Both the position numbers and the translations under genes were made by a program. The notes below the pieces were generated by a model, which did no database searches, had not been told where the DNA came from, and saw only the letters and a list, made by a program, of their open reading frames with translations. A stretch of 64,000 nucleotides of DNA from Takakia lepidozioides. Lineage: Eukaryota > Plantae > Bryophyta. Of the stretch, positions 37,552 through 51,034 are shown one piece after another. Each line of letters starts with the position of its first letter. Within the stretch, counting starts at the first letter, position 1. The DNA lies in NCBI GenBank assembly GCA_030704615.1, contig CM060733.1, positions 67,270,001 through 67,334,000 on the forward strand. Reading direction: 5' to 3'.

Positions 37552-38532
37552 TTCCTTGGCCTTGAAGTAGGCCAAGAAGAGTGCACTGGGAGGAGCTTGA
37601 GAGGCTCCACCCTTGGCCGGGACTTGGAGGAAGTCGGCCGAACTAGCTAGTGGAGAGTAGAGTCAAGTGTGGGGTTTGGTTCTTTGCCATGGGACGCCAT
37701 GGTACGGAAACAAACTCCTTGATGTGGGACGCCACAACTTGGATGTTCGTTTCCACAAAATGGACAAGCCGATGAGGACATCGACTCCCTGTTGGTAGGG
37801 GTGTGTGCCGCGGCCCTTTGCCTTGAGGGCAGGGGGTTGGGACACAAGAGGGGCTGCCCCTGTGGTGGGGGCAGTGGCAGCAATAGGTATGGGGGGCTGA
37901 AGCACCCTTGAGTGCCCAAGGCACTCAAGGAGGCGGAGGCGCTCACTAGGTGGAGCCCCGCACACCGGGTTGCGGTGGGGGTGGCTCCACAAGGGGTGGT
38001 GGTAGCTTAGCGGGACTTAGTGGGGGTGGCATAGGACTCACCCTGGGGCGGAGACCTCGTGGTGGGAGTCGTGGTAAGTCTTGGGACTCATCACAGTCCA
38101 TAGGGGCCGTGATGGGTGGGCCAAGACTCACCGCGACTCATCACCGGGAGTCGAGGGTGTTCGTGGTGGTTCGCCATAAAATGGCATGGTTGTTTGTGAA
38201 ACCCCCGCGGACAGCTACAGAAGTATATATAGGGAGTAGTAACCCCGAGAACGGTGCAAGCCCGTTGGTGACCAAAAGCTAGTGAGTAAGCGAGCGAGCC
38301 GGAAAGCGACCAAAGAGTGGGGAGCTGTTCCGGACTGCCAACTACCAAAGGGAATTCCGCTGGTTCCAAATTGTTGGAGGGTTCTTTGGGAGATCAAGGG
38401 GGGGACCGTTATGTCCCGGTGAGCAGCCGAAGCTCCAAGTTGGCCCGGCGGCCAGGTTGGGAGTTAGGCGCGCGCATCAAGCGAGTAACTATGACTTGAG
38501 GGGGGGAGCTTACCGAAGTGAGGTGCGCGACA
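37552..38532 (+). mobile_element. chromovirus copy A2: 3' UTR, PPT and 3' LTR (37806-38532)
   Basis: reverse complement of A1 104-1031 joined to 28041-28093 without B1; 727-bp LTR TG...CA. Confidence 0.93.
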
Positions 38533-39030
38533 GCGTGACACAGCCTATCACAGCCCATCACAGCGTGACACAGCCTATCACAGCATCACATAGCCTATCA
38601 CAGCCCACCATAGTGCCACACAGCCTGTCACAACCCAACACAGCCCATGCAGGTTACACAGTCCATAGGGTCAGTGACAGGTGGACGCAAATTAACGTTA
38701 GAAAAGTGGCCATCAAGTGAAGAAAAAGTTTGGAAGTCAAACTTGGAGAATGACCACGCGGAGAGGGAATGTCGGGGGCATGTTTAGAAACGGACACGTG
38801 GCCACTAAGGCGAAGCACACCGCACTGCATCGATTGCAAAAGTGGGTTTCATCATGCAAGAGGACAAATAGGGCCGTCAAAGTACCTACCCGGTACAACA
38901 GCTAATACTAATTGTGGGCCCATTAATGCATTCAGTGCCAGGGTAACGGAACCCTTTTCGAGTACAGAAAAGGGAAACCTATGCCACATGTGCTGTCCTA
39001 CTGGACATTCCAAGTGGGAATGTCCATGGA
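38533..39030 (+). mobile_element. fragment of a diverged B-family Gypsy element (B2), host of A2
   Basis: CACAGCCTAT array followed by GGTTACACAGTCCATAG..TCAGTGACAGGTGGACGC, homologous to the minus strand of about 5990-6450. Confidence 0.8.
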
Positions 39031-39594
39031 GGGGGGTGGAATTTCTTGCCATCAGTCACTCCAAACTCTTCTTATGCTGCAGCAATCAGTACAGTGATCA
39101 AACAACTCGTGATGATTGCTTCTTGAAATTCACAGCCCATCAGTCTTGACCAAAATGTTTGTAAACACCCCCCTTGTTGTCATCCAAGTGGTGAAAGCTC
39201 AGCCACCCTTCTGTCCACAGGCACATGGAGCTGATAGACATACTAACCATAAGAGCGGTAATCAGTTCTGAGACAAGGCTGGTCCATATCAGACCTCCCC
39301 CTTCTCAACCACTCTAGGTCCTCTTATTTTATTTTTGCTTTGTGCAAGGCACACATGCACCTCTCACAATCTAAGGTCCTTTGACCGGAGAGCTCCTATT
39401 CTGTCAGTTACCAACGCAGTTCCATCGGTGACGAAGGTCAACGAAGGTGAACAAGAACATTTCAATCTGCCCGACGAACCTGCCCAGGAAAAAAATAAAT
39501 TTTAGAGTTTGAAATTGAATACAAGATTTCATTCCAAAAAGAAAAAAAATACCTTATACAATGACAGAAGAGCCACCTTCGTTCAACTTAGGTC

Positions 39595-39600
<6 letters not shown>

Positions 39601-39634
<34 letters not shown>
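39601..39634. repeat. (AT)17 microsatellite
   Basis: direct reading. Confidence 0.95.
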
Positions 39635-39637
<3 letters not shown>

Positions 39638-40072
39638 ACCAGCATCCCTGGACATTTCTGTAGCATACGATAAGCCAAGCTAGAGATTAAAAGGGCTAAA
39701 AAACATGCAGAATTCAAGATTCCACGTTCGTGCAGAATTCTTCCACGCTAGAAGTCTATATCTCATGTTGGATTTTATTTTATTTTTCGATATCCATTTA
39801 TTGCATTTTTATCTTTATGTTCTCCCACTCAGCCTCCACCTTCGTCAGCCAAAGGTGGCGTGTCAGTATAATCCCGTGTCATGTTTCATTAATATTTCTC
39901 ACGAATACAAGCATATAATTTCGGGCAGCCCGAGAAAAAAATTATGTATTGCCACGTGGCTGCCGTTTCTGCATCCACGTCACACTGATGGCTGATGACT
40001 AATGGCTGATAGCTGATAGAATAGCAAATCCCCTTTGACCGCTAAGCTCTAATACCAAAAGAAGGGGGATGA

Positions 40073-42355
40073 AACCCCTTTTAGTTAACCTCTAAACTAT
40101 TCATTGCCTAGAGAGACTCGGGGCTGCCCTATGACTCACACCATAGTTAATTACTTCTATATTGTTCATGACCAGAGGTTGGGTACCCTTATCCACGCCG
40201 CAACGGAAGAGAAGACATGGAAAGGGCTGAAATTTATCTACTTTGTGACTTGTTCTGTTCAGTAAACAAAGAATTGCACATGCCAGCTGGTTTCTCTTGT
40301 GATGTCAATGTTGCAAACAGCTCCATGCCAGGGTATGAAGGGCATTCACCTACTAATGTTTGCAGGGCAGACCCACAGGAACCATGTTAACATTTTGTAT
40401 GCACTCAAACATCTTTCTTGACATCATCTCTGGTTTGCTGGTTGAGCTTTAGGCAGCTCAGGGTCTTTCCACACATTTGGCTCACTATGATCTCCCCTTT
40501 TCCCTTTTACCAGGCAGCTCTCATTTCTCCCATGTTGTTTTCTCTTCTCACTGTTAACCGGCCCTCTATGTGATTGACAGTATACTGTTACTACATGCCA
40601 ATGCAAATTTTCAGAGTTGAATATTTAGCTGGTTCATATCTACATATGTCATCATGGGAATCAGATAGTGCACATTGTTAACTCCCATTCATGAACAGAT
40701 TTCCCCTTCAGTATTATCACATCAATGGTACCCCCCAATGGCCGGCTTCGCTCTACCACTGGAAGACATACTCCCCCTCAACATACCAAGGCGAGCTACA
40801 CGCATACTACGACACTCGATCGCCCGAACGTTCCCACCATCGGCCTACTCCGCTCGACACACACAACAATCAGGAGGTGGTCTTGACCACTTCGGCTCGT
40901 CCTCAACCCAAGCAGCTCACAAGGCCTTGCTCTTCCAATGGACACCCCGCCACCCACCGCAAATACGCATGCCCAGCTTCTCCGCCCTCTAGGTGGCTCA
41001 TTTGTATGCCCGGTGTTTTCTCCACACGCCGCTTTATTGACTACAAAGCAGAGCGGCCACCATTCTCACATTTTGCGGCAGGAAGAAAAAGTTGCCCAGA
41101 CACATAATAAGATGGACAGTCTGCAGGCCAGGTGAGAGGACATTGTAGAGAAGTTAATGCCTGCGAAGGAAAGTGCTACTGTTTCGGTTGACTCACATGC
41201 ACCCAGTGTAGACCATGACAACTCCAAAACAGCAGACCTAGCTGTATCAACAACTTTGGCAGGAAAAGAGATTTTTCTTAACGGAATGACGGAGGTCGTG
41301 GTTGATGGTTCTCCAAGCGATTTTGGGGAAATCTGCAATCCTGGATATGCCCAGCATGATTGTGGTAGGGAAGCTTTTGAGATGTCTGTACAAATGCAAT
41401 GGGAAGGGGTGCAGCCCGACAGTGTAACATTCATTTGTGTTCTCAGTACGTGTGCCACTCTTACAGCCCTGGGAAAGGACAAAGGTGTCCATGCTGACAT
41501 CATCAAAGCTGGAATCTCACCTGATATCATTCTGAAGACTGCCCTTGCTGATATGTATGCCATGGTTCACCAATTCCACCCTGAGGCTCAACTTTTTTGT
41601 CAATGATTCTCCTTGTGGCCTAAGCAGCGATCTTCTTGTTGAATTACCCTTGCCTCCTCAACAGAAGCAACAGGCCAGGTTGAATGACCATGTCAAAGCT
41701 GGAATTGTTACAGATGTCGTCCTGGAGACTGCCCTTGCAGATATGTATGCCAAATGTGAGAGCATGAAGGAAGAACACCAAGCTTGCAGCTGCCAACACT
41801 ATCACCTTGGTGTGGTTGCAACGGGCAACACTCTTGGCTCCAGATGTGCAGCTGAATCGGAATACTTGTGGTTTGATGACCAGTCTCAATGTCTCAGGTG
41901 TTCCTGTATCCAGCCTCAAACCTGAAAAACTAATGAAGGATGAAGGGAGGGTCACTTGCGAGTTAAAGGAAAAACCATGAGAGGCAGTGAACTACCTATA
42001 CCTGCACATGGTGGTAGATCCATGTTGCATCCTCACATCACAATGCTTTCAGCATGTACTGCTTTTAAAGGTAACCACCTATAGGCTGTGTATTCACCCT
42101 GATAGTGAGCTGTTTGTGACACTGAAATCATAACAACAGTCTTATTGGTGTATGCAAACTGGACTTGGATGTACCAAGTCATAAAAGGGAGAAACTTCCC
42201 AGTCCCATCCATGTCTTCTCTTCCGCTGCGGTGTGGATGAGGGCATCTGGTCTCTGATCATGAACAGGGTAGAGGCACTCATTAGGGGTGTGAGTCTTAA
42301 GGTAGCAAGCATATCTTTCACTAAGAACTAGATAGAATTAGACAGAAGGGGATTT
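40073..42355. repeat. diverged ~150-bp inverted repeat pair (40073-40222 and 42207-42355)
   Basis: shared GACTCACACC, TGTTCATGA, ATCCAC.CCGCA.CGGAAGAGAAGACATGG in opposite orientation. Confidence 0.7.
41300..41775 (+). pseudogene. PLS-class pentatricopeptide repeat gene fragments
   Basis: GYAQH..GREAFE..QMQWEGVQPDSVTFICVLSTC, VHADIIKAG, TALADMYAKC. Confidence 0.85.
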
Positions 42356-42374
42356 ATGCGCCTTTCTTTTCACA

Positions 42375-45300
42375 CTACAAACTATATTCTAGCAGGCAAC
42401 TTCAACAGGGACATTGCCCTCATGGGTCATACAATGGTAAACATAAATCTCCATCCTCAACAGACCATGAGTGGGCAAAATTCACTCAAACACACCACCT
42501 CCGGTACATACCCGCCGACCACCACTACTCTAGACAAGGTGGACTCAACTACTCCTCCTTAAGCCTTCTCGACGGTTTCTACCTAAAAACACAAAATGAG
42601 TTTTCAACGTACCTTAACAGCCATGTACATATTAACAGTTTATGCAACTCGGACCACTACCCTGTCTCTGTAACCTTCCCACCATCCCTCATCCCCTTCA
42701 GGCCTATACCACCAATTCATGTCCCGTCACCTCAATCTAGAATTCTATCTCCACTCCCCCAACGGAACATAGCCGCATTTCTAAAAAACTTCCAACCAAC
42801 ATCCTCACACCTTGTGCTCAAACTATCAAACATACTCACTAATGCAAACCTTACGCAATCCCCTGATCAAGCCTAGACCAAATCCGAAATCATACTCACA
42901 ACTTTAATGCAAGAAATGACCAAGATCGTCATTACCACCTGCTCTGCCCCCCCTGAGATCCCGCAAACTACACGTTCAAAACAAAACGGTGGCACTACCT
43001 CCATACACCCTGGAAATAATTGGACAATGGATCCTCATATCACCTGCCTAAATACCATAACAACATGCCAAGCACTTATGCCCCTACCTACAACAACAAC
43101 TTTCTCTGATGCCAGAAGTGCCTCATGATTGATTTGCAACTGATACAACATCACAATATCCCTAACTGGATAGCCACTCTCTCCAAAATAGGGAGAGATG
43201 CTAAGAAAGCTGCTTACAATATCACCAAACAAAAAGCTGCCGCCAATCACAAAAAAATTGTCTCCTCTTTCAACCAGTTGCTACATGATCATCCCAAAAA
43301 AGCTCACAAAGCCATCTTCAACCCTGCCCTCAACCCACCCATCGACTGTCTCAAACACCGGCTTGGCAACCTACTAACCAACCCAATGGACATCAACCAA
43401 GAAATATGGTCACAAGCATCCTCAACCTACACACCCACAGTCACAAATTGTCTACATCCCAATCTCCATACCACCAACTACATGTGCAAAGCTAAACACT
43501 ACCCATGGCATGATATAGACGGCTTCTCAATAGACAACAGGGGATCCCCAACAGATCGCATCCTAGACCTATTCACAATTGACCTCTACGAATCATGTCT
43601 TAAGCCCCCGGACCTAATCTTATACCAAATGCCATACTTCAAGCATTGGACCCTCAACGTCACCATCTCCTCTTCAAATTTTTCCAACTATGTTATAAAT
43701 TACAACGTATACCACACTCCTGGAAACATAGTCGTACCATTTTGCTCTTCAAAAAAGGCGACCCCACGGATCTCAGTAATTACAGACCCATTGCACTGGC
43801 CAACACCATATATAAGTTATTCACCAGCACGCTCACCACAATGCTGTCAAGCTACGGTGAACAACACCAAATTCTCAACGACCCCCAAGAAGAATTCCGA
43901 GCCACACGTAGTACAACTCGACAAATCCAATATGTTCTATCCGCCCTCGAAGACGCAAAACTTACAAAGCAAGATATATATCTACTATATATCAACTTTA
44001 GGAATGCCTTTGGCTCCCTAGATCATGCTAGATTATTCGCCATCATGCTTGATCTTGGGTACCCCACTGACGCCGTTCAACTTATAGGAAATATATACAC
44101 AAACAGCACCACCGAATACTTTATTGCATAATGTGGATCCACCCCACCTATTTCCATTCTCCAAGGCACTATCCAAGGGGATACCTTAAGCCCATACCTC
44201 TTCATTATCTTTTTAGAACCCCTACTCAGATGGTTCGCTCGTGGTCAACTAGGATATCAATACAAAACCTCTGCCAGTGACATCTCAACCGCAGCATATG
44301 CAGACGATCTCGCCATCCTTGCACATAAACCACAACACCTAAACCGACAAGTTACCAAACTATCCAGATTCAATCTATGGTCAGGTATGGAGCTCAACTT
44401 ACACAAGTGCGCTATCACAGCCACAACGCATCAAAGCCGGCTTACTAAAATTGCCATGGCTTTGCATTGTAAACTCTACATATACTATCAAAACACACCC
44501 TTCCCCTTCCTTGGACCAGATGAGCCATACACTTACTTAGGTATCCAATTAGTATCTTCCCTCACCTGGCACATCCAAAAAGAATCTACGGCATTCAAAC
44601 TCACCTCCAAAAGCTTGGCCCTGCTCAAATCCCCAATTGTCATCCATCCCAAACTCTCAATCATTAAATAAGTGTTACAAACACAAATCCAATACTTGTT
44701 CCACGCCACACCCTTCCTCCTACCAGATGTCAAAAAACTAGATAAAAATATTAGTCATCTTACCAAGCGTGTATGCGGATTACCAATTAGTACCCCTAAT
44801 GCCCTCACACAACTCCCAACAAATAGTTACGGAATTGGTTCTAGCCCACTAATCATCTCATATGCCAGAACACTAGGCACACAATTAAAAGAAGCACTCA
44901 ACGATCATGGACGTCTCAGTATCATTTACCAGGGACTCCTTAAACACCTCGCCTTAAAATACAATGGCCTGTATTCATTATCATCCCTACACCCCCAGGC
45001 CTGTCTACACTCCCCCACTGCACGCACATTACTCATCCTACGACAAATGAAAATTTGCATACAGACCGACCTGCCAGATTATCCTAACACCTCGTCACCC
45101 TTAGAACGCGCATGGCTCACAAGCCCTTTCTTATCACAATTCGACATCTCTCATCCAAAACAAAAGATCCCCATCTTCACCTATTTCAAAGAACATCACA
45201 TTATCACCCTCACCCAATTTACCACCGCCACTGGCCATCGACTTTTAAAACCAAGCGAATTCACTCTTAAATTCTCCCGAGCTACGACCAAAACCACTTG

Positions 45301-46111
45301 ATACCTACACCATCTCCGAACCCTCTTTTGTCATCCCTCAACAGCCTGTGCCCTCCAATGCGACCTCCCATGTCTTCACTATCCCCATACCGTTCAAGAC
45401 CTGCTCCCCCACTACCGATCTACCTCTACTGCCTCCATCTACCAAACACTTAAAACGGCATATGCCGCCAATACCCCTACAGTCACAAAACCCGACCCCC
45501 CCTCTCATCTACCTAGCACACAACATACCGAACCTGACCACAACCTGCATATTCCATTCAACCCCTCGTCTAATACGCAAGGCTCCTCCCACCTTCTCCA
45601 CACAATGATGACAATAACAATGCATACATCATTGAAGCCATACTAGGAGTCAAAACCCAAATGTCAATCGATGCATGCGGTGCCACTTGTATTGACACGT
45701 ACTACCACTGTAAATGGGCTAGTTACTCCTCAGAAGACAACACATGGTAGATAGAAGATGACCTATTTTGCCTACATGACGATTGCGACCCCGAACACAA
45801 TCTTGCCCTTCTCACCTCTTTCCATAAACATACTAACACGGACTATTTAACACACATTCACCAACAACACACCACCCCCCCCCAACCTACAGATAGTCGA
45901 TACATTCACCAGAATCTCTGCCCCTAACGTGCACATCTGCATAACTGAGTGTAACCCCGACAAAGATGTCGAGCATGACCAACCACTAATTCGCATGGGC
46001 CCCTGCCTTTCCAATATTTATGCTCAACATGGCCGCTTCATTGGACTCATTCCCAATAATAGATTAACATGGTTGTGGGAGAAGTATTCTGCTGCAAATT
46101 CATATCCACAA
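42375..46111 (+). mobile_element. degenerate non-LTR retrotransposon (APE, RT, chromodomain; possibly Dualen/RandI-like), truncated at element D
   Basis: APE motifs ILAGNFN, SDHYPV; RT LLFKKGDP..NYRPIAL, GTIQGDTLSPYLF, AYADDL, YTYLG; many stops and frameshifts. Confidence 0.88.
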
Positions 46112-46673
46112 GGAGTGACGTGGCGTGAGCCTGCACCCACGCTGACGTGGCATGAGCGTCATGTCAGCAAGCTGATGTGGCGGCAAATGATGACATGGCA
46201 CTGCGCCGTCATCTGCCACGTCAGCATTAACATGCGCCGCCTATAACCGAGGATGGTCCTATGACCGTGGAATTAATGCAGGGAATCATGCCTAAATAGA
46301 ATCAAGACTACCATGAGGCCTACAATTGTAGCGTCCAACATTGTGCAATTACAAATGCTTGTTTCACTTTTACAATTACGAGGACGAGAAAATATCCTCA
46401 CAAAGTGTGCGCCATAGAGGCTGCCACGGGAAGACCTTCCTCCCTCCTCAAATAACAATGAGAGTTAGGATCATCTTCAAAAGATGATTGTAGTGCATAG
46501 CGACAGCAAGACATGTAGACTTCGAACGGTGCAATGACAAATGTGCTTTTAAAAGTTGCCACTCAGAGCTCACTTCGTATAGTTGGAGGCCATATCATTG
46601 CACCGCTGACGAATTGATGTGAATTACACATTTCAAATCATGGTCGTCCACATACCACATTGCATAGTTGATG

Positions 46674-49600
46674 CTACCCATGTGTTGTATCCCGCTGCAA
46701 TAGAGTATCGACCTCGTTGAAACTCATAGTGGCCTGGTGAATGAAGTTGTCACGCTTGGGATCGCAAACCATCCTCTTCAAAAATATGAAATACAAATGT
46801 TTGCAGGGTATGAATTTACCTCTCTTGCCCAAACTGGTTGATAGCATATTCACAAAATCAGGACATGTACAATTGGGGAAATTGGAAACCGTGATGTCGT
46901 AGGTCCTGTCATGAACAGCAGATGTGGAAGTGATGATTGTGAATACCCGACCATATCTTGGATCGGGTACTTCCGTGGTGCTTCCAACACGAGCTTGGAG
47001 CATTCTTGCGGACTTCACTTTGCCAAAGTGTTCAGCGGTTGGAGGGAAACGCCGAATGAGCTTTCCATCTCGTTTGGTTGGCCACAAGTTAGGATTTGCC
47101 GGGGGGACCCGGGAGGACGCAGAAGTAGTAGCACATGCATGGAGTTGGGGTTGTCTCGCAAGGGAAAAGCCTGCCTCCTCCAACATTTCAATCTCCTGAA
47201 ATCTGAGATGTGTTCCCACCTTCACGGGCCAAACGGTTGGAGGAGATGGCTTCATCACTATGGAAGGACGCACAGTTCCATGCACACATCTGGCACAATC
47301 ATCTGCGCAGAACCAGAACTTGTGGTTCTTGGCTTCTGGTTGACCGTATGGACGCATCAAACCCGTGAAAGTCGGAGCAGGAGTTCGGGCACCACCTCTG
47401 GATATAGATGAAGTGCACTTCTCAAAATTAGTTGCCCTGATCGCTGTACATTTCACACGAGACCCTACACTTGTGCGTTCTATGTGCCAAACGTGGTCGG
47501 GGCATGCGGACTCAAGCACATCAAGGGGGTTGTTTCTCTCCTGCACCATTTCAGTGGCACTGTTTGATGCTGGAGCTTGCCGTCGTGTTGGAGGTTCCTC
47601 CACAATGGAGGTTCCGGACATGGAGCTGTCATGCAGGGGAACACGAGGCTTTGAGAAGTTATCATGGTCTGCCCTGTGTGAATCGGAATCCGAACCAGGT
47701 GGAGTGTTCAATTTCCTCTTACAGGAGCCGAATCTCTCCTCCCCTACAAGATTTGGAACTCTAGAAACAAGTGGCGTTCCCTGGGCATACATGCTCACCG
47801 CCCGTGCTATCTTGATTGGATCCCCAGATCTGTTTGCAGCACGCAACATCAACCCCCATTTGTCCGGACCCTTGCCACCAACCCCACCTCGCAAGAAATC
47901 ACGGTATCGGGTTTGTTGTTGCAAGGCACGTATCAAATCATCTGTTGTTGCCACATACAAATCCCGACCTCGTTTCCCAGACTGCTGCAACCATGCGTTG
48001 TGCACAGTTTCTGCCAAATTGCAAGATGGCATGTCCGCCATTTCCTCAATGGACATGTTCTGCAAAGTGGAGAACCACACTTCAAAACAGTGAACAGAAA
48101 ACAACATAAAGAAAGCGAGGAGACAATAAAATGGAAAGTAAATGTATGAATAAAGCAAGAAATATAAGCCTCGTACCACTGCCATGGCTGCTCCCCACTG
48201 TCTATACCGGAAGTGCCAAAATGCCAGCCAATCTTCCAATGCTCTCATACTCTCAAGTGATGCAGCTCCAGAAGAGAACCACCAGGCACGAATTGTCTGG
48301 AACAAAGTGTCCGCCTCCTTCATTGTTCTAGCATCTTTGTACTTTTTGCACAATTTACGGTGCTGAGTCGGCATCTCTGGTTTGATGTCCGACTTTGTAT
48401 GTTTTTCCAGAGATTGTGTCCAATGGAATAGACATGTACGCTCTCTTCCTCGCATTGGCACTTTTGGGTCGCCCGATCCGAAGACAATACGAACAGCATT
48501 GAAATTTGCTTGAGCACTATCCGCCATGAAACCTGCGAAATTTGGAGATGGCAGCCCATGACACGTATCAGGGAATTCCACATGAGCTTCTGGGATTCCG
48601 TATCCTCGGATTGCATGTCACAAACTGCAATTGTCATAACTCGTTGGTACACTGGATCGTAGACATGACAAGCCATTGTCGTCCAATCCTTCACTCGTTT
48701 CACATGATCAAACATAAGAAAACAGTTCTGCAAGTCCCCAGTCTTCTGCATCCGCTTCATGAGGCTAACCCCACTGCCCTCCCCAACAGTCGACATTTTG
48801 AAAAGAAAAACTTTGATGGCACCTTGACCTGGGAATACATTGTCCTGGATGTAATCGTACTTGCTCACTTGTTTCAACTCCAAAATGTTGTCTATGTAGC
48901 CTTTGATACCAGAGCCCATTCCTAATGCATTGATCTGATGCCGAATGTTAGGTGAACTCAAAGTGGAGAAATGATCCATGACCAGGTCCAATGCTGCACC
49001 GTCAAGTTTAGTCCCCACATAATCCCCTTCACTCAAAATATGGCTTTCCAAGAAGGACTTGCTTGCGCCAAGAGCAATTGCAGATGTTGTTGCGGATGGG
49101 TTTCTCCCAAACTCCTGTTTAATCAACCTCGATACTGTCTCAACACTCTCCCTGTAATCCCCCTTCGAGACAGGATGGTTATGGAATCCGAAATGCACAC
49201 AAGCTCTTGTCATTGTTTTCAAATAGTGGACAACATAGTACATTCCTGCTCCGCAGAGCGCCAAGCAGGATGGCACAAGTTTGCAGAATTTGCAGACGAA
49301 AGTGTTTGCCAGTGGTGGGGCAGTTCCAGGCTGAAATGGATTTTCCGCCAAACCCTCCCATTCGCTTTGATTATGAACCCCAGACTGAAGAAAGTGTCTG
49401 CAATTCAAATTATCACACCTAAGGTGTCCATTGCAAACTGTTCTCCTGAAAACAAGCTTGTCATCATTCTGAATATTGGATGTTTTTGTTCTGCACCACG
49501 GGTGCCCGTCGTGTTTCTTGTCCATTCTATGCATCATGATTGTTACACCTCCAACTCGTGGAGCAGGAGGCAGCTCGAATAGGATATCGCCATCAAAAGT

Positions 49601-50178
49601 CTCTGGCAAGAACTTCACAGGCACCTGCTTAAAAGATTCCCAATCAATTCCTCGCAACTCACTTTTGAATCCAGCCATTCCTCCCATCGCCCGTAGTTTT
49701 GGAATGACACTACAAATCTCTTCTTCATCAGCTTCTCCAGCCACAGTAGGAAGGACTGGATTTGGAATTTCACTTATGTCATCATCGGACGAATCCAAAA
49801 GCTCAACGATTGGAGTGGAGGACGTCTGTTCTTTTTTCACCACCACCTCCCTCTTGTCTTCAACGACCGAAGCAACAGTACCGGGCGTCACATATGACCC
49901 AAGGGACTTTCGCCGAGGCTCTCCAAGTACTCTATATCGACAGGGCGCACTCTCCACTGGATGACATGAGCCGTCTCATCACGGTTTTGGAAAGAGTATT
50001 TCAACAACTCCCCTTTCAAATCGTACACCTCTTTCTCCAAAAAGATGGAGCCATTCTGAAGCTGAAAACGGGTAGCCAAGACATGTTCCAGAACAATTGC
50101 AAATCCATTGTCAAGGACTTCCTGGGAGAACGGCACTGGTTTGTCGTCAGAGAAGAACTCCGCTTCAAAGGAATCCAT
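46674..50178 (-). pseudogene. family D transposase (GCM-like, DDE, SWIM), frameshifts near 49955 and 48565
   Basis: KHDGHPWC, LMFDHVKRV, FMADSAQAN, CLFHW, NLAETVH, CTCPDF..CKH; 117-nt intron 48060-48176 at the same position as in family C. Confidence 0.9.
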
Positions 50179-51034
50179 CTTCCTTCCTCGCGTACATTGA
50201 TACCTTGCTATCGCAGACCTTCAGTGTAAATCGGTTTACTGATGTCTCCATAACACAGTTGAAGAATGAGCAGAGAATATGGCGGAGGAAGCTCTGACGA
50301 CGACTGTGCATATTCTGTTATTCCTTCCAGATATGCAGCCGTCCATTTTAATTACTTTTCTTGTGGGCCCAGTGGTCAGAGTATCCCTAGGAGCAATGTC
50401 GGCAGCTGTTAAACCGTTAATCAGAACCTCATCAATAAACACAATAACAAGCCGACTTCCTGGAAGCATGTCACATGATCTGAGGGTGGGATTGCAGATT
50501 AAGTAAATGTATCTTTATACTACTACCAATGATCATGCGCACCTGGAAAGTTCAAAATGTGAAACGAACGTGGGGTTGGCTAACAAGGATGACCGTGTAT
50601 GATATCCCAAAATTTGTCATCAAACTCTCGTTCATTTACATATATTTGTCTAAGACTGTGCGCCAAGATTTCTGGGATTCGCTGTTATTTTTAAATATTG
50701 AAACCGTTCTAATAAAGAACACGCCGTTTATTTTGGGCGACACACGTCAGACATCGATAACTGAATACGAACAGCTGTACACTAATTGTTGGCATGTGCA
50801 CTAATAAGGGAACGACTATGTGTAACGGTCACGCGAGAGGGAATCCGATGCTTCTAGAGACAAGCAACAACGCACGCAATCCCGCAAGAAATCGGGAGTC
50901 ACTTCGTTTTTCTACTTTTCGCGCTTAGAGGGAGAGTGGTAGTCAAGCTGGAGAGGGTTCCTTCTACAATACGAAAGAGAAGAAAGTCTCTTTATTTTAC
51001 TTCCCTTAGAGAGAGACGTAGAGCAAGAGAGCAA

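Noticed and set aside
40046-40057. PBS-like GCTCTAATACCA
   Set aside because: One mismatch to the Met PBS and no LTR pair or internal domain found beside it
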